NCBI GenBank assembly: GCA_963772185.1
Contig: CAVYWR010000025.1
Coordinates: forward strand, 1,162-65,161
DNA: 64,000 bases
Reading direction: 5' to 3'
From: an uncultured cyanobacterium
GTDB taxonomy: Bacteria; Cyanobacteriota; Cyanobacteriia; Phormidesmidales; Phormidesmidaceae
Shown: positions 19,288-27,901 of the stretch, in pieces
How the letters are laid out: every line of letters begins with the position of its first letter
Numbering within the stretch: position 1 is the stretch's first letter
Position numbers and translations under genes: made by a program
The notes under the pieces: model-generated
Database searches by the model: none
What the model was told of the DNA's origin: nothing
What the model saw: the letters and a program-made list of their open reading frames with translations, nothing else

Positions 19288-20748
19288 ATGAACACTCCTG
19301 TGCATCCCCAAATTCAAAGAACTTTGGCTGCAATCGTTATTACCGATGCAGTCAGTTTTAGCAAGCGCATGTCACAGGACGAGGAAAAAGCACTTTTTAT
19401 CATCAACCGGGATCTAAAGCTAATTACGGATCTTTGCAATACCTACGAGGGGAAAATTCTTAAGACGGTAGGCGATGGTGTACTGATGTATTTTGTCAGT
19501 GCAGTGCAGGCGGCTGGCTGCGCGGTAGAAATTCAAAAAACATTTTTAGGCTACGCCAGAGGAGAGGAAGCAGACAACCATTTTACCCACCGGGTCGGCG
19601 TTCACCTTGGGGATATCTTTTTTAACCAAAAAGACATGATGGGCACAGGCGTAAACATTGCGGCTAGGCTAGAAGCAGCGGCCATGCCAGGCGCTGTCTG
19701 TATGTCTCAAGTTGTATATGACGTGGTTAAATCCCAGCTCAATCTAGACGCCGAATATATCGGGGAACTTTCACTCAAGAATATTTCAGAAGCAGTAGCT
19801 GCATACAGCGTCTGGCCATCTGGTATGCGCCCAGAGAAGAACAAAGAAGAAAGCACTGAAGCAGTTGCCTTACTCTCAGTCACACCAATCAATGCTGCGC
19901 TCAAGCAGCTATCTGAACACCCTAATCACCGTCGCATCAAAAAGCTGCTATATGGAACACATCAGTGCTTCTGGGAAAATAACACAACAGTTTTAGAAAG
20001 CTTCTCTCTAAAGCGATTGCTTGAGTCTCTAACCGATCGCAATCCAACACTAGAAGAATGTCGTAACAGTCTCTACGCGATTGTTGGAACACTCAACCGT
20101 CAGGTAGAGTATGCTCAAGTTGCAGAAGTCATTTTAGATAGCTTGAATGATTTCTATATAGAGCCTACAGGTGGCACAGTTGAGACAGTCCGCTCTCCAA
20201 CAGCCTATTCGTTCCAGAGTGATTGTATAGACGAGACCTCTGATGCTGTAGATATTGACATTCTAGAAAACCCGCTTGTGGCACTCTACAGAGATACTGC
20301 AGCTAGGCTATCAGAAGGGCCAGATCCGCTCAGGACCAAAAAATTGCTGTACTGTCTGTGCTACGACAAGTGGGAAAGCGAAGCATCGCTTCTGTCGCAC
20401 ATAGATATTTCTGTTTTGGTAGAAACACTTTATCAGCAAGTGACTACGCTCAGAGGGCTTCAAAATCGTATTGTGACTGTGCTAATGCGTCTAAACCGTC
20501 GCTCGACCTATGGACCGATTGCAAATCAAATATTCAGAGAATTTCAGGCACTGTATCCAGAGATTGACAGTCAAATTTCCCTGCCCGCCAGCACTTTAGA
20601 GATAGAAGATCCGACTGCTGAAAACACTCAAATCAACTCTATGAAACAGCCAGAAAAACAGCCAGACGAGTGCTGGCGCACCAATAAGCACACAGCGAAT
20701 CAATCATTATCTGAGCCAATGCTGATTCGGCCTGTACTAAGTAACTGA
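19288..20748 (+). CDS. Class III adenylate/guanylate cyclase domain protein with two C-terminal helical repeats
   Basis: IVITDAVSFS, LKTVGDGVLMYF and RVGVHLGD...DMMGTGVNIAARLE; repeats RIKKLLY..WE..LNR and RTKKLLY..WE..LNR. Confidence 0.9.
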   Translation: MNTPVHPQIQRTLAAIVITDAVSFSKRMSQDEEKALFIINRDLKLITDLCNTYEGKILKTVGDGVLMYFVSAVQAAGCAVEIQKTFLGYARGEEADNHFTHRVGVHLGDIFFNQKDMMGTGVNIAARLEAAAMPGAVCMSQVVYDVVKSQLNLDAEYIGELSLKNISEAVAAYSVWPSGMRPEKNKEESTEAVALLSVTPINAALKQLSEHPNHRRIKKLLYGTHQCFWENNTTVLESFSLKRLLESLTDRNPTLEECRNSLYAIVGTLNRQVEYAQVAEVILDSLNDFYIEPTGGTVETVRSPTAYSFQSDCIDETSDAVDIDILENPLVALYRDTAARLSEGPDPLRTKKLLYCLCYDKWESEASLLSHIDISVLVETLYQQVTTLRGLQNRIVTVLMRLNRRSTYGPIANQIFREFQALYPEIDSQISLPASTLEIEDPTAENTQINSMKQPEKQPDECWRTNKHTANQSLSEPMLIRPVLSN

Positions 20749-20784
20749 ATCTTTGTACTGGCTTCTCTACTACAGGCTACAGAT

Positions 20785-21111
20785 CTACGCTTTGGTCACT
20801 TGGCTGAGGTACAGCTTTCAGGCTGAAAGCGCTGTGTTTCAGCGGTGAGACCCCGCGTCGTCGTACGGCGCTAGGAAACGTCTACCAAGACGGGGATGCT
20901 CACCAAGACAAATGGGCCAAGCGACGCGCCTGTACCGTAGGCTTTGCTTTCTCGAAGAGCATGCATCCGGCACAGGCTATATCAACACCTTAATGACCGC
21001 AAGGCATATAGCGTGTCCCGGATGCATTCGGGACACGCTAGTCGCTTGGCCTGTTGTTACTGATAGCTTATAGCCTGTGAACTGTACCTCAGCCAAGTGA
21101 CCAACGCTATA
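20785..21111. mobile_element. ~325-bp non-autonomous element with long terminal inverted repeats and nested internal palindromes
   Basis: Perfect 23-bp IR TTGGTCACTTGGCTGAGGTACAG (20792-20814) / CTGTACCTCAGCCAAGTGACCAA (21082-21104), extending imperfectly to about 40 bp. Right end is GCTATA. Inner IR GGCCAAGCGAC (20915) / GTCGCTTGGCC (21041). Confidence 0.8.
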
Positions 21112-21114
21112 GTG

Positions 21115-21160
21115 AAAAACAGCTACTGATTCGATCACGATCAAATCAGTAGCTGTTTTT
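21115..21160. terminator. Bidirectional intrinsic terminator
   Basis: AAAAACAGCTACTGATT...AATCAGTAGCTGTTTTT perfect stem with A and T tails, between convergent genes. Confidence 0.8.
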
Positions 21161-21215
21161 TAACCTTTTGACTAGCTCTGTCTTGATCCGCGCGCTAGCA
21201 TATCAGGTAATAGAA

Positions 21216-22142
21216 TTACCACAGGGCACGCGGCGCTTGGGGTGCAGGAACACTAGCATCACTGTCGTTGTTGTCATTAGACATGGGTAGCTCAGGAGTA
21301 GGTGTGGGTGACATAGGAGCCTCTACCAAGACAGGACCAACCAGCGCTAACACTTCTGATTGAGTTGCATACCCGTCGAACGAATCTGTAGAGAATGGAA
21401 CAACAGAATCTGCTCGCGCCTCCGGATAAATTACACTATTGTTGTCAGAGATCCACGGAGTGACATCAGCACCCAGCAAGGTTTGGCGTAAATATCTAAT
21501 GCCTGCCGCATGACGAGCTTCGACACTGTGGATCGCTAGCGCCGCTGCAAGTACGGTTTTACCTGCATCGCCTGCCGCTAGCAAATTCTGAACTTGCCCT
21601 TTGTAGGCTGCCACGCCTAGGTCTTCGACGTACTGCCCTGCTAGCAGAAGATCTGCCGGATTGGCAAAAGGGTCGCGTCCTAGAATTGCTGAGTAGTTGG
21701 GATTGGTTGGAATCATGACCGCATCTGGATCGCCACCCAAAGATGGCAGTACAGCGGAGAGATCGATCACATGCTGAGCTTCATCTTGACCATAAGAAAC
21801 AAGTATCTCTTTGGCAGAATCGGGAACAGAGGAAAGTGCACCGCTTCTAGAAGCAGCGATCGCTCTGCGATAGAAGTCGGCTTCCAACTTTTCCAAGGTC
21901 AATGCGTATTCAACAACTTGCCGAGGAGACAGGACTGTCTGGGCGTGGGCCGCAGGTATCTGTCCAAAAAACAACAGCGTGGAGAGAGGGAAGACAAAAG
22001 CCAGCGCTCGTGCGGTTTGTCGAGCCGATGAAACCTGTTGGTTAAAACGCTTGAACTGGTCTAAGAGAGTAAACAAAGCATTTGACAAGAGCGACAGAGC
22101 GGACTCTATCTGCTTAATAACTGAGTGAGAGCGTATGTTCAT
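21216..22142 (-). CDS. Ferritin-like domain protein (Ferritin_2 type), probably exported
   Basis: YALTLEKLEADFY, DEAQHV, EDLGVAAYKG and IHSVEARHAA; hydrophobic stretch ending AAHA-Q. Confidence 0.88.
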   Translation of the reverse strand: MNIRSHSVIKQIESALSLLSNALFTLLDQFKRFNQQVSSARQTARALAFVFPLSTLLFFGQIPAAHAQTVLSPRQVVEYALTLEKLEADFYRRAIAASRSGALSSVPDSAKEILVSYGQDEAQHVIDLSAVLPSLGGDPDAVMIPTNPNYSAILGRDPFANPADLLLAGQYVEDLGVAAYKGQVQNLLAAGDAGKTVLAAALAIHSVEARHAAGIRYLRQTLLGADVTPWISDNNSVIYPEARADSVVPFSTDSFDGYATQSEVLALVGPVLVEAPMSPTPTPELPMSNDNNDSDASVPAPQAPRALW

Positions 22143-22159
22143 TATTTTTTCTCCTGTCG

Positions 22160-22882
22160 CTATGAGACGAGCGCGCCATTAATGGAATTGTTGAGAACGC
22201 CGAGCGAACCGACGATTGCGACGATCTGTGCAGGGCTGTAGAGTTCGTCGTATGCTTTTCCTCTAAAGGGGTTTAGGCTAGCAACTAGATTGGCATCGCT
22301 GACTAGGCGATCGCTATCTGGCTCTGTAGTAGGACGACCTAGCAAAGCGCGTACGCCGCCCGCATGACGAGCTTCGACAGAAACAATAGAGCCTGCGGCT
22401 AGAAGATAAGTTGGGTTAGTCAAACTAGGGCCAGCACCGTTGTAGGCATGAACACCTACGTCTTCTAAAGTGACCGCTGTACTGAGGATGGTGGCACGGT
22501 CGCTCAAAACAGCACTCAGGCCAGATGAATTGAAGCTAAGGTCCGCTGTTTCAAAAAGCACGTTCTCAGCTAAGACATTTCGCAAAAAGGTCACATGAGA
22601 GGCTTCTTGAGCACCTAAGACTCTGACGTACTGTAGTTCTTTTTCATCTGTGATCTTCCCTGATTCCACAGCAGCGGCGTAGAAGGCGGCTTCCAGCTCT
22701 TCTAATAACAGGGCAAAATTGAGAATGCCGACGTCATCAGCAGTAAAAGTGAGTGTTTTTCCGCTGTTAGTCTGCGCTTGCACGGCCCTGGGCAGGGTCG
22801 CAGCGACTGCCCCACCTAGTCCCCAAAGACCCCATTTGATTAGTTCTCTGCGTGAGGCAGCTACTTTCTCTTTTGGTATCAT
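22160..22882 (-). CDS. Ferritin-like domain protein (Ferritin_2 type) with Tat signal
   Basis: SRRELIK twin-arginine motif and VQA-Q cleavage site; DVGILNFALLLEELEAAFY, EASHV, EDVGVHAYNG and IVSVEARHA. Confidence 0.9.
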   Translation of the reverse strand: MIPKEKVAASRRELIKWGLWGLGGAVAATLPRAVQAQTNSGKTLTFTADDVGILNFALLLEELEAAFYAAAVESGKITDEKELQYVRVLGAQEASHVTFLRNVLAENVLFETADLSFNSSGLSAVLSDRATILSTAVTLEDVGVHAYNGAGPSLTNPTYLLAAGSIVSVEARHAGGVRALLGRPTTEPDSDRLVSDANLVASLNPFRGKAYDELYSPAQIVAIVGSLGVLNNSINGALVS

Positions 22883-23240
22883 ATCAGTATCTCCGAGTAT
22901 AGTTTGCTAGCGTGTTGCAGCTACGTTGCTTAGCTCTTGATGGTTCAGAAGTTTTTCTCGTTAACACTATGATGGAGGCCAAAGAAGGAACACCTTCCAA
23001 AGGAAGTAGATGTAGAACAGTTTTTATAGCCTCCAAATCAGTACATTCGTCAAACGAGTGCATTTAGGAAGTAAAAGTCGCTGAATATTTGCCGATTTTC
23101 ACCAACTTATCTCTGCCAGTTTTATCAAAAAGCACTTTCTATGAGTGATTTAAAAACAGCAAACAATTCTCGCTGTATTGTCCATTGTATTAGTCTGCTC
23201 TCTGACTTTATTTCACCAATTAGCATGCACGTACTTCACA

Positions 23241-23267
23241 TACGCGTGGATCATCTTTGTGGATGCA
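23241..23267 (-). promoter_or_regulatory. Putative ECF sigma promoter TGCATCC-N16-CGTA upstream of the ferritin-like pair
   Basis: Minus strand reads TGCATCC acaaagatgatccacg CGTA. Confidence 0.65.
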
Positions 23268-23542
23268 TCTAGTCAGTTCAGTCCGGGGTGGACCCATCAG
23301 ATTAACGCTATGGCTTCTGCCCTGTTGCTTGATACATTCTTATTGTCTTATTGGTCGAAACCGTTATACAGCAGTAGGCGACTCGACTCGCTTGGCAAAA
23401 ATGAATTCCCAACTTTGCTGCAACTGACTTTTGCAGCTGATTGTAGATTAAGATCTCTAGAAATTGTGACTGACTGTATCTAGCAAGATAGGGTGCTCAG
23501 CATAGTTCTAAGGGGTTAGCTGCTTGGCAGCGGGGCGATCGC

Positions 23543-24517
23543 ATGGCAATTCCAAAAGTTTTCATTGACGGAGAAGCCGGTACAACCGGACTACAGATCT
23601 ATCAACGCCTCGCTGATCGCAGCGATCTAGAGGTGATCAGTATCGAGCTTAATAAGCGCAAGGAAGCCAGCGAAAGAGCCAAAATGATCAACGCTGCTGA
23701 CGTAGCAATCTTGTGTTTGCCAGATGAGGCCGCTCGTGAAGCCGTAGGCTGGGTGACGAATCCTCAGACTAAAATTTTGGACGCTAGCACCGCGCATCGA
23801 ACCGCTGATGGCTGGGCTTACGGCTTTCCAGAGATGACAGCAGACCAGCGATCGCGCATCGCCGCCGCCGATCGAGTTAGCAATCCTGGCTGCTATCCCA
23901 CTGGGTTTTTAGCGCTCATGTCTCCGCTAGTGAGAGGCGGTCTGCTACCAGCTACTTTCCCAACTACAGTTAACGCTATCTCAGGCTACTCAGGGGGCGG
24001 TAAAAAGCTGATTGCTCAGTACGAAGGCTTTAGAGCAGAAGCCCCTGACGAAGAGTCAAAATCGCCCTACAGTCCCTACGGATTAAGCTTTGGACACAAG
24101 CATGTCAAAGAAATGCAAAAATACGCCGGGCTCAGTCACGCACCGCTGTTTGTGCCCGCGGTTGGCGACTTCGCTCAAGGTATGGTGGTCCAAGTACCGC
24201 TGCCTCTGTGGAGCCTAGACGATGCGCCTACAGGTAAGGATTTGCACACAACGCTCAGTGAACACTACGCAGACGAGCCTTTTGTTCAAGTAGCCCCTTT
24301 GAACAGCAAAGAGCAGCTTCGAGATGGAAACTTCTTTGAGACTAAAAGTGCAAACCAGACCAACGAAGTGCAGCTCTTTGTCTTTGCAAATGACAGTACT
24401 CAAGAAGCCCTATTAGTTGCGCGTCTAGACAACTTGGGCAAGGGAGCATCTGGCGCAGCGGTCCAGAATCTCAATATCATGTTGGGTCTGCCCGAAAAGT
24501 CTGGTCTTACTAGCTAG
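23543..24517 (+). CDS. argC: N-acetyl-gamma-glutamyl-phosphate reductase (type 2)
   Basis: KVFIDGEAGTTGLQI, DASTAHR, SNPGCYPTGF, SGYSGGG and LDNLGKGASGAAVQN. Confidence 0.96.
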   Translation: MAIPKVFIDGEAGTTGLQIYQRLADRSDLEVISIELNKRKEASERAKMINAADVAILCLPDEAAREAVGWVTNPQTKILDASTAHRTADGWAYGFPEMTADQRSRIAAADRVSNPGCYPTGFLALMSPLVRGGLLPATFPTTVNAISGYSGGGKKLIAQYEGFRAEAPDEESKSPYSPYGLSFGHKHVKEMQKYAGLSHAPLFVPAVGDFAQGMVVQVPLPLWSLDDAPTGKDLHTTLSEHYADEPFVQVAPLNSKEQLRDGNFFETKSANQTNEVQLFVFANDSTQEALLVARLDNLGKGASGAAVQNLNIMLGLPEKSGLTS

Positions 24518-24529
24518 GAGAATTTCTAT

Positions 24530-24919
24530 ATGGTGCAGGTTAAAGTTACAGGTAGCGCAGATTCTCTTAATCCGATCAAGGCGCAGCTCTCCGATATTAT
24601 TCACCAGTGCCTGAATGAGGCGATTGGAACTCCAAAGGAGAAGCGATTTCAGAGATTCTATCCACTTGATGCAGACAACTTCTACTATCCCAATAGCTGT
24701 ACGTCGCAATATACGATTATCGAGATTGTCATGTTCGAGGGGCGTTCGGTCACGGCGAAGAAAAAGCTAACCCGCTTGCTGTTTGAGCGAATTGGGCAGC
24801 AGCTAGGAATAGCCGTAGGAGACATTGAAATCGCGATGTTCGAGCTACCCAAATACAACTGGGGCATTCGGGGCGTTCCCGGCGACGATCTGGTTCTGGG
24901 CTATGCGGTAGACGTGTAA
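24530..24919 (+). CDS. Tautomerase family protein
   Basis: KRFQRFYPL, FEGRS..AKKKL.RLLF and NWGIRGVPGD; AGGAG RBS. Confidence 0.85.
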   Translation: MVQVKVTGSADSLNPIKAQLSDIIHQCLNEAIGTPKEKRFQRFYPLDADNFYYPNSCTSQYTIIEIVMFEGRSVTAKKKLTRLLFERIGQQLGIAVGDIEIAMFELPKYNWGIRGVPGDDLVLGYAVDV

Positions 24920-24943
24920 GGCGGTTCTACGTAGGCGATCTTC

Positions 24944-26590
24944 CTACAACTGCTGCTTTTTGTACTGTGAGATTTTGAGCCAAGATCCAGGACCTACCTC
25001 TTTTTCGAACTCTTCTATCACCCACTGTTCTGGCGTATCGCTACTCTTTCTTGCATTCTTCTGGAGGTATTCAACGATATCGAGCTGTTCGTCCCAGGTG
25101 GGTTTGGCACCATAGAGAGAACCAAAACACCATTCTGCTTTAGGCTCGCGATCGCACTGATCGATAAAGGTTCTTTTGGCCCAGCCGGGGCCCCTACCTT
25201 GTTTGTAGGCTCGTCTCCTGTGGCTGTGATACAGCTCTATTAAGGTAGGAACATCCTTGATCTGCTGAGCTTGAGCATTCGAATAGATCTCCACCATGTT
25301 TTCAGTATTAACCGGGCGCTCGCTGATCCACTGATGCGCGCAGTCCGGACATTTCACTATAAAAGAAAGAACAATTCTGCCGCAGGCCGGACAGGGCTTT
25401 GTGGGCGGAGCGCCACCGCCGCCGGTAGAGGCTTTCCGAGTAGGCAGCGAATAGTCTTCTACATCTTCTGGAAAGCCAAGCCGCTGTAGGTTTCCCGCCT
25501 GATCGAGAATAATGCCGTATTCCTTGCCGGTTTGAGGAGAGATGCGCATCACCCGGCCTAGCTGCTGAAAATGCATGGCGCTAGACATCGTGGGTCGCAG
25601 CATCAAACCCACTTCTACGCTAGGTTCATCAAAGCCAATACTGATCACGTTGCAAGAGGTCAACACTATCAGCTCTCCCGCTTTGAGCGCGTGATACAGC
25701 TGCTGGCGATCTTTGATAGATGTATTGCCATCAACCGTATCGGCGGTGATACCGGCTTTGCGAAATTCTTCGGCGACGTGGTTGGCATGCTCAATATCAA
25801 CGCAGAAGGCGATGGTGCGTTTGCCTTTGCCAATGCGAAACCACTCTTGAACGATCTTTTCAACCAGTTCAGTGCGATCGCAGGCATTCTTCAAATCTTT
25901 TTCGTCATAGTCGCCCCGAGACGTTTTTACCTCTTCTAGGTTGGCCATGCTATCTCTTGGCATACTGTAGTACTTCATTGTGGATAGGTAGCCCATCTCT
26001 TGAAGTACGTTCGGCACAGGCGAAGACACTAGCGTCTCTAGGTAATCTCCTAACTGCTCTTTGCCTAGCCGTAATGGGGTTGCTGTCATCACCAGATGAA
26101 CAGAGTTTGCATGAGTTTTTGTCATCACCTTCTTGCCCACCTGACTAAATAGGGTGATGTGACCCTCGTCATAAAACACGACATCGGCAGGCCACTTCTG
26201 CCACCAGCGCCGCTTTGCCATCGTTTGAATGCTGGCAATTTGAATTGGAGCCTCCCGGTTCTCTTCCCAGCCCGCCTTGATAAAGCCGCACTGCAAGCCA
26301 AACGCTTTCATCTTTTCGTAGGTTTGACCCACTAGCACATCTAAATGCACCAGAAACATCAGCCGCTTGCCAGCCGCTTCAGCGTGAGCACAAATCTGAC
26401 CGCTAATAATTGTCTTCCCAGCACCAGTACCAGCGATGATGGCAACTCTTTTGTGGCCATCATTCAGCGCTTCGTAGAGATCTTTAATTAGCGCTTCTTG
26501 ATAGGGCCGTAGCTTTGGAGGACTGGGTTGATTAGGCACAACGGCTTCGCAAATGATTCGTCGTTCAATAGGATAGCTGGCACTACACAA
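24944..26590 (-). CDS. SF2 DEAD/DEAH-box helicase with C-terminal zinc finger (start uncertain)
   Basis: LRPYQ, GTGAGKT, YDEGH, MTATP, IGFDEP, QQLGRVMR and CPACG..CPDC. Confidence 0.9.
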   Translation of the reverse strand: MCSASYPIERRIICEAVVPNQPSPPKLRPYQEALIKDLYEALNDGHKRVAIIAGTGAGKTIISGQICAHAEAAGKRLMFLVHLDVLVGQTYEKMKAFGLQCGFIKAGWEENREAPIQIASIQTMAKRRWWQKWPADVVFYDEGHITLFSQVGKKVMTKTHANSVHLVMTATPLRLGKEQLGDYLETLVSSPVPNVLQEMGYLSTMKYYSMPRDSMANLEEVKTSRGDYDEKDLKNACDRTELVEKIVQEWFRIGKGKRTIAFCVDIEHANHVAEEFRKAGITADTVDGNTSIKDRQQLYHALKAGELIVLTSCNVISIGFDEPSVEVGLMLRPTMSSAMHFQQLGRVMRISPQTGKEYGIILDQAGNLQRLGFPEDVEDYSLPTRKASTGGGGAPPTKPCPACGRIVLSFIVKCPDCAHQWISERPVNTENMVEIYSNAQAQQIKDVPTLIELYHSHRRRAYKQGRGPGWAKRTFIDQCDREPKAEWCFGSLYGAKPTWDEQLDIVEYLQKNARKSSDTPEQWVIEEFEKEVGPGSWLKISQYKKQQL

Positions 26591-26683
26591 AACTTCAAAG
26601 TAGAAGCAGATTTGGAGAACTTCAGGACCGAGCCCGCCTAAATCGCAGTATACTTACGAAAAAATCGCTACGACAACATCAAG

Positions 26684-27898
26684 GTGCAGGATATAACGGT
26701 TGTGCAATCCTCCCTGCCATCTAAACCTAGAGCAAGCCTGCTGAGTTTTTTGCGATCGCGCCTCTCACAGAAAATTGTACTTTCCGTTTTTGGCAGCATC
26801 GTTGCGATTGAAGGGCTAATCTTGATTCCCTCAGTTATGCGCCGCCAGCAAGAATTGCTAGATGGGCTAAGCGCAGCAATCTACAGCTAGTCTAAAGGTT
26901 GCAACCGTAGACGTTGCAACGACAGACGAGGGTCTCCTCTCAGGACAACTACTCACCAAGCTCAGCAGACTCGAAGCAGTCCCTGCTGTAGTAGGTGGCA
27001 GTATCTATGATGCCACGGGCAATTTGATTGGGAGCTTTGGTGAAGTCCCCGCTCTGCCCTTTGAAGAGTTTTCTGTTGCAGCATCTCCGTCAAGCTTTAA
27101 GCCCCAGCTAAACAGATATAGCAAAGCGCGGATGCATTCGCACTTTGCTATGGCACTTTGCGTTATGGAATAAGAGGTGTAGCCTTTCGTGGTGTAGCAA
27201 GCAAAGTGCGGAAAGCTATACGAGACCGCCCGACTGTCTTCTCTTGCAGGCATTCCTCATTGGGTTGTGCTCAACCACGATGTCTGTTTGAGGTCAATCC
27301 GGTCTTCACGCTCAAAGAATACCAGGCCCTTTGGCAAAGCCTACAGGCGGGCAATCCTATCACGCTAGAAAGTGTTCATCGTCGTAGAGACGGCAGCGAT
27401 TACCTGGTAGAGGTACGCTATTCTAAGGAACAAAGGCTAGTAGAAGAATTAGTTGATCTCAACGATTTGTCATTGGAGCTAGAGCGATCGCTCTCAGAAA
27501 CGCCTGCCGCAGAAAACAAGACCATTCAGCTGACTACCCATTCAGACTCTTTGATGGTAAGGGGCGATCGCGACAAACTTAAACAGGTTTTTATTAATCT
27601 AATCACCAACGCCTGCGAAGCCATTTCAGCCCAAGAAACCGTCACCTGGCAGCTACAATGCCTAGATAAGCAGCAAGTTGAGATCCAAATCCACAACGGC
27701 GGCGAACCTATTCCAGCCGATGTTCTTCCCAAGCTGACGCAGCCTTTTGTCTCAACCAAAGCCAATGGCAACGGTCTAGGACTAGCCATCACCAAACGTA
27801 TCATTGAAGCCCACAGCGGCAGCATTACAATCGAATCCACTCCAGAAAAAGGGACTGTCGTGATTGTTCTTCTCCCACTCACTATTCAAACCGATTAG
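26684..27898 (+). pseudogene. Decayed sensor histidine kinase (frameshift, MITE insertion, internal deletions)
   Basis: N-terminal TM fragment (SRLSQKIVLSVFGSIVAIEGLILIPSV) stops at 26890 and continues in another frame (VVGGSIYDATGNLIGSFGEVP). It is interrupted by the 104-bp element, then a PAS remnant (LESVHRRRDGS) is fused directly to the HATPase (GDRDKLKQVFINLITNA, GNGLGLAI). No HisKA H-box. Confidence 0.85.
27117..27220. mobile_element. 104-bp MITE-like element, copy 2, inserted at a TA in the kinase pseudogene
   Basis: aacaga-TA-TAGC...GCTA-TA-cgagacc; removing 102 bp restores the reading NRYETA...HWVVLNHD. Confidence 0.88.
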
Positions 27899-27901
27899 CG
27901 C

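Noticed and set aside
23178-23483. 101-aa ORF upstream of argC
   Set aside because: TTG start, no motif, and it overlaps the divergent promoter region containing the ECF motif.
27158-27898. 246-aa ORF as an intact histidine kinase
   Set aside because: Starts inside the MITE and lacks the HisKA H-box; treated as part of a pseudogene.
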